This document shows positions 9,631 through 18,544 of a DNA stretch of 34,773 bases, piece after piece. Positions within the stretch are counted from its first letter, which is position 1, and every line of letters starts with the position of its first letter. The DNA is from Candidatus Saccharibacteria bacterium CG_4_10_14_0_2_um_filter_52_9. Lineage in GTDB: Bacteria > Patescibacteriota > Saccharimonadia > Saccharimonadales > UBA4665. The DNA is taken from the NCBI GenBank assembly GCA_002792275.1, contig PFOA01000041.1, positions 1-34,773 on the forward strand, in the 5' to 3' direction. The notes beneath the pieces are model-generated. The model made no database searches, was not told the origin of the DNA, and was given only the letters and a program-made list of their open reading frames with translations. Both the position numbers and the translations under genes were made by a program.

Positions 9631-10248
9631 ATGCCCCACCGCAAACTTAAACCGCAACCGACCCTAAGCCATGAGCTCAAACAGTGGCTAAAGGCCGAAA
9701 ACGACAAGACCTTGGCGGCTTTTAACGATGTCTTTGCCGAAAAGTCGTTTGCCATCACTTTTCTGCTGTTGCTGGCCCTGCCGGCACTGCCGATTCCCAC
9801 CGGTGGCGTAACCCATGTTACCGAACTCATAGCCATGTTACTCAGTCTGGAGCTTATAATCGGCCGCAAAACCATCTGGCTACCCAAGCGCTGGCTGAAA
9901 ACCGATATGGGCAAAGTGATGCAGGGCAAGGCGGCTCAGAAGCTGATTGGTGTTATAACCTGGTTTGAGCGCCTGTCGCGCCGGCGCTGGAGTGGCTTTT
10001 TGGTGTTACGACCAGTGGTTTCTGTAACCGCTCTGCTGATTCTGATCTTCACCGTGGCGGCCTTTGTGGCGCCGCCGTTCTCCGGGCTGGACACCCTGCC
10101 GGCACTCGGCGTGGTGGTAATGTCACTGGGGATTATCCTGGAGGACGCACTGGTTGTTTTTGCCGGGATATTGATCGGCTCTGGCGGTATAGCAGTAGAG
10201 ATTGCTGCCGGCACAGCGCTATACAGCGGTCTGACGCACTTTTTCTAG
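9631..10248 (+). CDS. ExoD-family (exopolysaccharide synthesis) membrane protein
   Basis: FAITFLLLLALPALPIPTGGVTHV...GRKTIWLPKRW matches the ExoD family signature region. ATG 9631 is preferred over the track start at 9598. Confidence 0.7.
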   Translation: MPHRKLKPQPTLSHELKQWLKAENDKTLAAFNDVFAEKSFAITFLLLLALPALPIPTGGVTHVTELIAMLLSLELIIGRKTIWLPKRWLKTDMGKVMQGKAAQKLIGVITWFERLSRRRWSGFLVLRPVVSVTALLILIFTVAAFVAPPFSGLDTLPALGVVVMSLGIILEDALVVFAGILIGSGGIAVEIAAGTALYSGLTHFF

Positions 10249-10877
10249 TTCGAAAGCTGGCTGTCGGGGAGTGACATGAACAGCCGGGTATCGGCTACGG
10301 TTTCGCCGTTAGCGGTTGGACGCTCGCCGGCCTCTTGGTCAACGTCTACAAAACCGATTTTGTGATAAACGTGAACTGCTCCGCCATTGGACTGCCAGGT
10401 TTCCAGCCACATATTTCTGGCGCCGTACAACGATGCCGAACCCAGCACGATTAGGCGGGCGAAAGGCGTTGCCAAGCCCTGCCCCTGGCCGATTTCACCG
10501 ATGCGAAGCGCGAAAGTCGTTTCGCCGCCGGGTACATGCAAGCTGGTACCTGAACCCACCCAGCCGTAACCGGCCAATTGCAGACCGCCGGCATTGCGCT
10601 TAAATAGCAGGAAAGTAGCCCGCTCTTTGGACAGCCAGTCTTTTGTGGCCTCCTGGCTGGCAAAGCGCTTGCCGGAATCATTGGGGCAATACTCACGAAT
10701 CGCCAGTTCTAGCGCCATATTTATAATCGCCTCAGCGTACTCCGGTGTCAGGCCAAAGTGGATCTCGTAGCCCTGCTCGGCTAAACGCTCAATATCCTGG
10801 CGGGCAGTCTCGCTCAACTGATCGGGCGACAGCGGACGCGCGATATCCGAAAAGCTACTCGGGAAAGCGTGGCTCAT
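10245..10877 (-). CDS. GNAT-family N-acetyltransferase
   Basis: GNAT motif A-like IGEIGQGQGLATPF. The ATG overlaps the glmM stop (ATGA). Confidence 0.7.
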   Translation of the reverse strand: MSHAFPSSFSDIARPLSPDQLSETARQDIERLAEQGYEIHFGLTPEYAEAIINMALELAIREYCPNDSGKRFASQEATKDWLSKERATFLLFKRNAGGLQLAGYGWVGSGTSLHVPGGETTFALRIGEIGQGQGLATPFARLIVLGSASLYGARNMWLETWQSNGGAVHVYHKIGFVDVDQEAGERPTANGETVADTRLFMSLPDSQLSN

Positions 10878-12169
10878 AACAGCTCCTCGAGTTTGGCGGC
10901 GATCTGTTCGGCCAGAGTCTGGGCATCCGGGGCTTCAACCATAACACGAGCCAGTGGTTCGGTACCCGATGGCCGAATCAGTAAGCGGCCATTGTCTCCC
11001 AATTGATTAACTTGTTCAGTAATGAAGGCCTGCACTTCTGGCGACGCCAGACGCGACTTGTCGGTCAGCTTAATATTTACCAGTGCCTGGGGCAGGATCG
11101 GTATGTCATCAAACCACTGAGCCAGGCTGTGTCCCGAGGCGGCCACAGCCTTGACGGTTTGAACGGCGGCCAGCATGCCATCACCGGTGGCTAACAGATC
11201 GGGCAGGATTATGTGTCCGGCCTGCTCGCCGCCCAGATGATAGCCGGTTTTACCGAGTTCTTCCAGTACGTAGCGGTCGCCGACATCGGAACGTTCCACT
11301 TCTACACCATGGTCGCGCAGGGCATTCTCTACCCCCAGATTGGTCATAACGGTTACCACCACACCCTTGAGATTGCCGCAGACTGCCAGGATGTACATGA
11401 TGTGATCGCCAGTAAGTAGGCGGCCTTGGCCATCAATCAACATTACCCGATCGGCGTCACCGTCCAGAGCGATGCCCATATCGAGTTTATCGGCCACTAC
11501 CCTGGCCGCTAAGGCCTTGGTATTGGTGGCTCCACAGCTCTCGTTGATGTTTTGGCCGTCCGGAGCATCGGATAATGACGTTACTGTGGCACCCAGGCGC
11601 GTAAACACCCGCTCGGCCAGGCCGGAACCGGCACCGTTGGCGCTATCAATCGCCAGATTAACACCATCAAGTTTGAGCCCGTCGGCACTTGCCACCAAGA
11701 AGTTTTCATAATCACCGACTAATTGGTCGTTATCGTCTGCCAGCCCGCCGTCGCGCTCGGGGCAGCCATCGACAATTAACTTGTTAAGGGTGGCCTCGGT
11801 GGCATCATTTAATTTACCTCCTTTGGCAGTAAACACCTTAACGCCGTTGTACTGGCGCGGATTGTGGCTGGCGGTCACCATAACGCCGACTACGAATTCA
11901 TCGCCCTGACGAGTCAGATAAGCTAAACCGGGGGTTGGCAGAACGCCGGCGAATGTCACATGAACGCCGGCCTTGTTGAGCCCTTCGGTAAGAGCTTTTA
12001 TCAGTCCGGCCGAGGATTCCCGCGGGTCACAACCCATAACTACGCGCTGACCGGGCTCGGCAAAATGTGTGCCCACGGCCATGCCGATGCGCACCGCCCC
12101 GTCATGATCCAGCGGATAGTCTCCGGCCAGGCCGCGAACACCATCGGTACCGAATAAATCTCTACTCAT
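10874..12169 (-). CDS. glmM: Phosphoglucosamine mutase (alpha-D-phosphohexomutase family)
   Basis: GVMVTASHNPRQYNGVK (active-site Ser), ALDGDADRV (Mg site), GEQAGH. The ATG overlaps the aclA stop (ATGA). Confidence 0.85.
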   Translation of the reverse strand: MSRDLFGTDGVRGLAGDYPLDHDGAVRIGMAVGTHFAEPGQRVVMGCDPRESSAGLIKALTEGLNKAGVHVTFAGVLPTPGLAYLTRQGDEFVVGVMVTASHNPRQYNGVKVFTAKGGKLNDATEATLNKLIVDGCPERDGGLADDNDQLVGDYENFLVASADGLKLDGVNLAIDSANGAGSGLAERVFTRLGATVTSLSDAPDGQNINESCGATNTKALAARVVADKLDMGIALDGDADRVMLIDGQGRLLTGDHIMYILAVCGNLKGVVVTVMTNLGVENALRDHGVEVERSDVGDRYVLEELGKTGYHLGGEQAGHIILPDLLATGDGMLAAVQTVKAVAASGHSLAQWFDDIPILPQALVNIKLTDKSRLASPEVQAFITEQVNQLGDNGRLLIRPSGTEPLARVMVEAPDAQTLAEQIAAKLEELL

Positions 12170-13950
12170 GAAGGTATATAGGTGATGTCGTCTTCGCCCA
12201 GGCGCAACAACCCCTCATCGTGGCGGCGCTGATCCAGGTAATGAGCCATTAAACCGGCTGACCGGCTCAATATAAAGATAGCGTTAAAAAATTCTATGTC
12301 GACCAGTTCACGAAGTTTATCCGGGCTGTAGTCCAGCTCTGACTCTAGTATATCGAGCAGCATGGCGGCGATAGTTCCATCGACATTGAGGATCAGGTTA
12401 GCCTTTTTAGAGGTTGTAACTGCTTCGACTCCCTGGGCAAATTTTAGATAGCGGTCACCGTTACTATTGTTAGAAAACTGCTCTGTTAAGGCCTTGACCC
12501 GGGGGTCGGGCGTGTCAATCCGGTATTTTTTATGTCCGATGCCGGGAATGATGCCGCCATTGGCGGTGAACCCGGCTACGAAGGCTTTTGGCTCGGTGTC
12601 ACTGCCTGCGCCTTCCAGCCAGGCGTCGGCGGCGGCGTTAACAGCGCCGCCAAACCGCGGACCGATGGTCAGTAGGCCGGCCGTTAAACTGGAGGCCAGA
12701 TCCTTACCGGCCCGGGCGGCTACTATGGTATTCACGGCTCCCGAAACGTAAGGACCGTGATCCGCTAGCAAGCGTAGGATATAATCACTGAATTCGATGA
12801 CTTTTGGTGAGGTAATCTGCTGTCCGAGCAGTAAGGAGATGTCCAGTCCGGCCAGACTATTCTCATTTACAACGCTCAACAACTCTTTGCCTAACAGGTG
12901 CACGCCGCCGTTAATATCACCTGAAATACGACTGACAATCATAGCTTTACTCCTTTGTTTAATTGGCCGATGTGGTTTGGCCTGATGGCTACCGGTTTCG
13001 GCCTGGGCTGATAAATCGGTAGCCAGTTCACCGAATACATCCATTACCTTGGCGCCGGCTGTCCGCAAAGCCTCCTTTTTGGCTTGGGCACTCTCGCTTT
13101 GGTTAGCGGCCATGGCTTTAGCATGTCCAAATTGCGGCGGCTGATCGAATAACCCGGCGACGGTTCCGGCTATATAGGCGATGACCGGCTTAGTGACCTT
13201 GCCGCTCTTCATGAGGTCGGCTAGGATATACTCGTCGTCGCCGCCCAGTTCGCCAAAGTAGACAATCTGCCTGGTTCGCTGATCGCTTTCGGCCAGCAGA
13301 AAGGCCTGGGCAGGTGTGGTGATCGGATTGCGATCGCCGCCGAGCGCCAGCGCAAAAGAAACCCCCAAGCCGGCCCCGGTAACAGTGTGTATCAGCTCGT
13401 TCACCATGCCGCCCGAGGTAGAGATTACCGCCGTGTCGCCGCCAGAGAAGATATTGGCGGCCACCAGTTGCGGATATTGCGTGCCGCCGATGGCGCCAAG
13501 TTTCATGACCCCAGGAACCAGCAACCCAACCGACGCCGGCCCGGCCACAAGCACATCGTGTTGCTCGGCCAAGGCCGCAACCTGCAGGGCGTGAACCTCG
13601 GGAACCTGCTCGGCAAAGATATTGGCGACCTGTAAATTAGGCAGTAGTTCAAACGTTTCTGTCATGCTGGCCAGCACACGCCGCGCCGACTGTACGTTTA
13701 ATAGACCGGTGGCTTGTTGGCGCAGTTGTTCCGGTACTTTGGCAAGTTTGGCGTAGACCGGCACCATAATTTCATCATGCCCCCAAAAAAACCGCTCCTG
13801 TTTACGGCCAGCGCTGACAATGGCCACTAAATTGGGTGCGCTATGACCCAGACAATAATTGTAATCGAGCATCGACTGGATGATCCCCGGATGCGACCCT
13901 AAACTTATAATGACCGGTTCCAGGTTTTGCAGATCCAGCTCTTTACTCAT
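12166..13950 (-). CDS. aclA: ATP-citrate lyase alpha (large) subunit: CoA-binding, CoA-ligase and citrate-synthase-like domains
   Basis: FWGHDEIMVPVY, QFGHAKA (phospho-His loop), LLADHGPYVSGAVNTIVAARAGKDL, GIGHKKYR, TTSKKANLILNVDG, HYLDQRR. Collinear with the C-terminal two thirds of ACLY. ATG 13950 has GGAGG upstream and overlaps the aclB stop. Confidence 0.9.
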   Translation of the reverse strand: MSKELDLQNLEPVIISLGSHPGIIQSMLDYNYCLGHSAPNLVAIVSAGRKQERFFWGHDEIMVPVYAKLAKVPEQLRQQATGLLNVQSARRVLASMTETFELLPNLQVANIFAEQVPEVHALQVAALAEQHDVLVAGPASVGLLVPGVMKLGAIGGTQYPQLVAANIFSGGDTAVISTSGGMVNELIHTVTGAGLGVSFALALGGDRNPITTPAQAFLLAESDQRTRQIVYFGELGGDDEYILADLMKSGKVTKPVIAYIAGTVAGLFDQPPQFGHAKAMAANQSESAQAKKEALRTAGAKVMDVFGELATDLSAQAETGSHQAKPHRPIKQRSKAMIVSRISGDINGGVHLLGKELLSVVNENSLAGLDISLLLGQQITSPKVIEFSDYILRLLADHGPYVSGAVNTIVAARAGKDLASSLTAGLLTIGPRFGGAVNAAADAWLEGAGSDTEPKAFVAGFTANGGIIPGIGHKKYRIDTPDPRVKALTEQFSNNSNGDRYLKFAQGVEAVTTSKKANLILNVDGTIAAMLLDILESELDYSPDKLRELVDIEFFNAIFILSRSAGLMAHYLDQRRHDEGLLRLGEDDITYIPS

Positions 13951-15133
13951 GATCCACCTCCTGCAGAGCCTCTTTAACGGCATCCGTTAACGGTACGTCC
14001 GGATCATGCACAGCACCTAGCAGACCGTGTTTAGCTAAGGCGACTTCCATGTTGGCCAAGCCGGCTTCCTGGTTTGGGCCGCCGCGGCGGACAAAAATTT
14101 TGACACCGGCGGCCTGTAATTTATCGGCGACTTCGTCGATGGCCTTGATGACACCGGCGAAGGTTTTATTAACATCTGTAAAATTAGCCACCGCGCCACC
14201 GATAAACAGCACCTTGCGAGAGGCCTGGGACTTCAGAAGTAACTGCAGTAACTGCTTGGTGTATATATAGGTTTCCTCGGCGTTGGGATTGCCGCTGTAC
14301 TCACCATAGTTGGCAAGTTGTTTGCCGTAGCCCTGGTTGTAAACTTCGTCGGCCACCACCACGCTGGCACCGCCGCCGGACAACAGTAAGAATATGCTGC
14401 CATTCGGTTCCAGCACGCTAAGTTTAAGCGAGGCCGGAGAATTGTCATCCAGCTCTTTAACAACCGCCTCTTCGGGAGTTTGATCGTGTCCGCTGTGGCT
14501 ACGGAAATCATCTATCTGCCAACTATCCACAAAAAAGGCCGCCGCATCATCGACCTCAACGGCCGAGTCCAGGATTTGTAAGCCATTCTCACTGGCCAAA
14601 TAAGGGTTGATCTCCATAAAGGCAAAGTAATTATCCAGGAACGCCTGGGTCAGCTGTTGCAATTGCCGGCTGTTAATAGCCGTTTTCTGGGCTAACTGTT
14701 CCCAATCAGTCGCATCATTGACGCGAACTTGCTGAAGGCTGCTGGCTTGCTTTTCGATATCAACCCCGCCGCTGGCCGAAAACTGGAGCATTACTCCCAG
14801 CCGATCAGACATAAAACTTATATAACGCTCGTCGCCCGGAGCATGTTCGGCCATCGGTTCTACAATCAGCCACTGATAGCCTTTAGACTTCAGCTGTTCG
14901 GCGGCCTCGACCAGATCGGCGGCTTTGACATTGAGCGCCACCAGCCCCTGATTAAAGCGACCTTTAACACCTTGATCCACTTTTAGGGCGAAAGTGCCGC
15001 CTGCCTCAATGGCTGACTGTAGTTGGGCAGGTAAGGGCGCCTCGATATCGACAGACCAGCCCTTGTAAGGCAGTTCGAGGGCTTTAGAAATAATGGTTTT
15101 GGCCCGGTATTCTGACAACTTCTGGCGCGGCAT
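13943..15133 (-). CDS. aclB: ATP-citrate lyase beta (small) subunit: ATP-grasp and citrate-binding domains
   Basis: SLKLSVLEPNGSIFLLLSGGGASVVVAD, LANYGEYSGNP, IGGAVANFTDV, FVRRGGPNQEAGL. Collinear with the ACLY N-terminus. ATG 15133 (MPRQKLSEY...) is preferred over 15145 because an extended -10 box lies 7 nt upstream. Confidence 0.9.
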   Translation of the reverse strand: MPRQKLSEYRAKTIISKALELPYKGWSVDIEAPLPAQLQSAIEAGGTFALKVDQGVKGRFNQGLVALNVKAADLVEAAEQLKSKGYQWLIVEPMAEHAPGDERYISFMSDRLGVMLQFSASGGVDIEKQASSLQQVRVNDATDWEQLAQKTAINSRQLQQLTQAFLDNYFAFMEINPYLASENGLQILDSAVEVDDAAAFFVDSWQIDDFRSHSGHDQTPEEAVVKELDDNSPASLKLSVLEPNGSIFLLLSGGGASVVVADEVYNQGYGKQLANYGEYSGNPNAEETYIYTKQLLQLLLKSQASRKVLFIGGAVANFTDVNKTFAGVIKAIDEVADKLQAAGVKIFVRRGGPNQEAGLANMEVALAKHGLLGAVHDPDVPLTDAVKEALQEVDHE

Positions 15134-15140
15134 ATCTACC

Positions 15141-15149
15141 ATCATACCA
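15141..15149 (-). promoter_or_regulatory. Extended -10 (TGgTATGAT), 7 nt upstream of the aclB ATG
   Basis: Minus strand reads TGgTATGAT-ggtagat-ATG with no SD. Confidence 0.4.
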
Positions 15150-15187
15150 AAGCACGTTTAAAAGCGCTTCAGTTTACAGGGCTAGGC

Positions 15188-15385
15188 TTAGTCCTGTAAG
15201 GTCTCTGGCGGATTATCAGGATCAAACTTATCTAATGGGCGGTCAAGAGCATGTCTACGTTCAACCTGTGGTATAGACCCAGGAGCCGCTTGGATAGCAC
15301 CTTCTAAGGCTTTACTGCCAACAGACTGAGGGTCTGTGACGATCGGCTCTCCGTTAGCGGCACTATTTGGATCTTGTTCAGGCAT
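15188..15385 (-). CDS. Small acidic hypothetical protein (65 aa)
   Basis: ATG 15385 is preceded by AGGAG at 6-nt spacing. TGtTACAAT lies further upstream. No family recognised. Confidence 0.4.
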   Translation of the reverse strand: MPEQDPNSAANGEPIVTDPQSVGSKALEGAIQAAPGSIPQVERRHALDRPLDKFDPDNPPETLQD

Positions 15386-15517
15386 AACTTGCTCCTGTTT
15401 AGGTAGTAAATTGTAACATGCATACATCGACTGCTTCGGTGTCTCGGGCAACAGGTTGTTGCCTTGCTTGCCTCAGGGGTATATACTTCCAGACACCTAA
15501 GGAGCGTGATAATTCCT

Positions 15518-16216
15518 ATGCCGCAAGTTGTCCAATCGGAGAAACTTAAGGCTCTTTTCCAGTCCGGTCGGCTACTGCAATACCAGAAGCACGAGGTGAT
15601 TCTCCGAGCCGGCGATGAGCCGCAAGGCGTTTACCTGATTGAATCCGGGCTGGTCAAGATTTATTCGCTGACCAAACAGGGCGACGAGCACGTGACACAC
15701 TTTTTCGGGCCGGGCGACTTTTTTCCGATGATCTGGATCTTTCGCGGCCATATGCGTGAGGTTTATTATGGAGCGCTGTCGCCGGTTACAATTCGGGTGG
15801 TGACAAAAAAGGCCTTTATGGATCTGGTTAACGATGACCGCGACATCACTTTTGAGCTTCTGGAGGAGATGGTGAAACGCTACCTGCGCTATGCCGGGCG
15901 GATCGATAATCTGCTCTATTCCGACGCCCGGGAGCGCTGTGCCTACCGACTACTGTCCCTGGCCAACCGCTTTGGTAGCAGAACCGACGCCGGCCTGGTT
16001 ATTAATGCCAATATCACCCACGAGGACATGGCTCACTCAATAAACATGACCCGCGAGACGTTCGGGCGAGCCTTTAGCCGTTTTCAGAAGAAGGATGTCA
16101 TCGCTTACGATGATCAACACCGCCTGGTAATCAAAGATCTTGGTGCGCTGATCCATATTATCGGCCGCGAGGAAACCGAAACTCAGTGGCCCGACCTGCT
16201 AAAATATAGTGGTTAA
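15518..16216 (+). CDS. Crp/Fnr-family transcriptional regulator
   Basis: cNMP-binding-like beta-roll (GDEPQGVYLIESGLVKIY...GPGDFF) plus a C-terminal HTH (THEDMAHSINMTRETFGRAFSRF). AAGGAG lies upstream of ATG 15518. No N-terminal Cys cluster. Confidence 0.8.
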   Translation: MPQVVQSEKLKALFQSGRLLQYQKHEVILRAGDEPQGVYLIESGLVKIYSLTKQGDEHVTHFFGPGDFFPMIWIFRGHMREVYYGALSPVTIRVVTKKAFMDLVNDDRDITFELLEEMVKRYLRYAGRIDNLLYSDARERCAYRLLSLANRFGSRTDAGLVINANITHEDMAHSINMTRETFGRAFSRFQKKDVIAYDDQHRLVIKDLGALIHIIGREETETQWPDLLKYSG

Positions 16217-16228
16217 CCAGGAGGGCAG

Positions 16229-16828
16229 ATGTTCACACTACCGGATTTAGATTATAGCTACGATGTTTTTGGCAAATACATCAGTAAAGACATCATGGAG
16301 TTGCACCACAGCAAGCACCATCAAACCTATGTCGATAAACTGAATGGGGCTATCGAACAGGCTCCCGAGTTGGCCGGCGAGAGCCTGGAAGAACTTATCA
16401 GCAATCTGGACAACGTGCCCGAGGCGGTGCGCGGCGTAGTCCGCAACCACGGCGGCGGCCATTACAACCATAGTCTGTTCTGGAAGTTCATGTCGCCCGA
16501 CGGCGGCACAGAGCCCGGAGGCACCTTAGGCGACGCCCTCAAGGCCAAATACGGCGATTTTCAGGGCTTTATGGATGCCTTTGGCGATAAGGCGCTGGGC
16601 GTCTTTGGTAGCGGCTGGGTCTGGCTGCAACCCGATCTGTCGATTGTTACCACGCCCAATCAGGATTCACCGCTCAACAGCGGCGGCTCTGCGCCCCTGC
16701 TCGGCCTCGACGTCTGGGAACACGCCTACTACCTAGATTACACCTACAAACGCGCCGACTACATCAAGGCCTGGTGGCACATCGTCAACTGGCACGAAGC
16801 CCAGTCCCGCTACAAAACCGCCAGCTGA
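16229..16828 (+). CDS. sodA: Fe/Mn superoxide dismutase
   Basis: LPDLDYSYD...MELHHSKHHQTYV and DVWEHAYYLDY motifs. AGGAGG RBS. Starts 12 nt after the crp-like gene. Confidence 0.92.
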   Translation: MFTLPDLDYSYDVFGKYISKDIMELHHSKHHQTYVDKLNGAIEQAPELAGESLEELISNLDNVPEAVRGVVRNHGGGHYNHSLFWKFMSPDGGTEPGGTLGDALKAKYGDFQGFMDAFGDKALGVFGSGWVWLQPDLSIVTTPNQDSPLNSGGSAPLLGLDVWEHAYYLDYTYKRADYIKAWWHIVNWHEAQSRYKTAS

Positions 16829-16847
16829 CATTTATTTAGAAAACTAC

Positions 16848-16876
16848 TCGACATAATTACAACATTATGCTATGAT
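16848..16876 (+). promoter_or_regulatory. Sigma-70-like promoter candidate (TCGACA-17 nt-TATGAT) upstream of the two-component operon
   Basis: -35 at 16848-16853, 17-nt spacer, -10 at 16871-16876. Confidence 0.4.
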
Positions 16877-16922
16877 TGCGGAAAATCAAGATTTAATGAT
16901 TTTTTAATGTTGGTGCGTGATA

Positions 16923-17645
16923 ATGAGCGTTATGCAGTTACCGAAAGTCCTTTTAGTCGAAGATGACCGTCGCATCGCCACTGCCCTGGCGCAGGCGCTA
17001 CAGAGTAATTACAACGTAGACATGGCCGCCAGCGGCAAACTGGCCATCTACAAGTGTGACAACAACGATTACGACATTATTATGCTCGATCTCAATCTGC
17101 CCGACTTGTCGGGCTTTATTATTTGTCAGCAATTGCGCGAACGGGGCCTAACGGCCCCTATTTTAATTGTCAGCGGCGAGACCAAGGTACTCACCAAAAT
17201 CAATCTGCTGGACGCCGGTGCCAACGATTACCTGACCAAGCCCTTTAGTCTGGGCGAGCTAAAGGCTCGCCTGCGAGCATTGTTACGAGATACCAGCCGG
17301 CCATCCGTCCTGCTGGCCACCACCCGCCTGTGTGTCAGCGGCATTGTGCTGGATCGTACCAGCCGCAGTGTCATGCGCAACGGTGTTGAGATCAAGCTAC
17401 GGCGCAAGGAATTCGTCCTGCTGGAATGCCTGATGGAGCATGCCGGCAGTGTGGTAACCCGCGAGTCTCTACTGCGATCCGTCTGGCACACCACCGACAC
17501 CTACTGGACCAATACGGTTGATGTACACATAAAACATCTGCGCGACAAGCTCGACCGGCCGTTCGACCAAACCCTGATTCGTACCGTTCACGGTCTGGGC
17601 TACAAACTCGAAGCCCTCCAGCCGCTTATGGCGGTGGAGCTTTAG
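16923..17645 (+). CDS. OmpR-family response regulator (REC + winged helix)
   Basis: KVLLVEDDRR, IMLDLNLPDLSG, DYLTKPF, and a C-terminal trans_reg_C block (VDVHIKHLRDKL...IRTVHGLGYKL). Start is ambiguous among 16917, 16923 and 16932. Confidence 0.85.
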   Translation: MSVMQLPKVLLVEDDRRIATALAQALQSNYNVDMAASGKLAIYKCDNNDYDIIMLDLNLPDLSGFIICQQLRERGLTAPILIVSGETKVLTKINLLDAGANDYLTKPFSLGELKARLRALLRDTSRPSVLLATTRLCVSGIVLDRTSRSVMRNGVEIKLRRKEFVLLECLMEHAGSVVTRESLLRSVWHTTDTYWTNTVDVHIKHLRDKLDRPFDQTLIRTVHGLGYKLEALQPLMAVEL

Positions 17646-17652
17646 GCCTATC

Positions 17653-18360
17653 ATGGCGGCGCCGGCAATCAGTGGCGAAGCCGGACTTCAAGAATTGCAG
17701 CGTTTTGCCGAGCTCGGGCGGCTGAGCGCCAGCCTACTACATGAAATCAGCAATCCCCTGACGGCCGCCCTGTTACATCTCGATCAATTCAGCGATCAAA
17801 CTTCACCGGCTATCAAACAGGTTCGCCGTAATATTTATGCCTTGCGTCGTTACGTTGAAGCCGCCCGCCAACAGGTCAGGCAGGAAAGCCGGCTCTCGGC
17901 CTTTGCCATCACTCCTCAATTTGAGCAATTGAAACAGGTGGTGCGCCCACTGGCCCGCAAGGCCGCCGTACAACTGGTTTTCGAGACTATTCCTTCCTGC
18001 CGGCTGTACGGCGATCCGGTAAAGTTCCAGCAACTGCTGGCCAATCTGATTATTAACGCTATCGACGCCTACGAAGATGACCTCTGTAGCGGACTGGCGC
18101 GGCCGGTTCGTGTCAGAGTCAGCCGCACCCCTCACTACCTCACCATCAAAGTAATTGACTGGGGTAAGGGCATCACCGCCGACCAACTTAGCCAGCTGTT
18201 TAAGCCTTTTTACACCACCAAAACCCGGGCGGCTTACGGCCTGGGCATCGGTCTGACTATTGTGGAACGTTTTGTTACCGTAGACTTCGACGGCTCGATT
18301 ACCGTTACCAGTTCGCGGCGGCACGGCACCCAGTTTACGATCAGATTCCCGTTGCATTAA
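17653..18360 (+). CDS. Short soluble histidine kinase (HisKA-like + HATPase_c, no TM or sensor domain)
   Basis: H-box LLHEISNPLTAA, N-box LLANLIINAIDA, G-boxes DWGKGI and GLGIGL. Confidence 0.75.
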   Translation: MAAPAISGEAGLQELQRFAELGRLSASLLHEISNPLTAALLHLDQFSDQTSPAIKQVRRNIYALRRYVEAARQQVRQESRLSAFAITPQFEQLKQVVRPLARKAAVQLVFETIPSCRLYGDPVKFQQLLANLIINAIDAYEDDLCSGLARPVRVRVSRTPHYLTIKVIDWGKGITADQLSQLFKPFYTTKTRAAYGLGIGLTIVERFVTVDFDGSITVTSSRRHGTQFTIRFPLH

Positions 18361-18544
18361 TGTCGGCTGGTCGTATCTGATCATTACGCTTGTGAAAATA
18401 ATTACAGCCACTGTCGCTAACAGTGTTATAGTTGCCAAATAATCATGGCACCGCCAGGGGGAGTACAGTTTGACACAATACGTTACAAGTCAGAATAACC
18501 TTGAGGGGTAAACTCGTAACCTATTAATTGTCCTACCCCTGTCA

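Noticed and set aside
18361-18544. 184-nt intergenic region after the kinase gene as a possible small RNA or riboswitch (contains TTGACA and an AGGGGTA...TACCCCT inverted repeat).
   Set aside because: I recognised no conserved riboswitch core. The stem is short with a 22-nt loop. The elements are equally well explained as a promoter/5' UTR for the small ORF at 18545.
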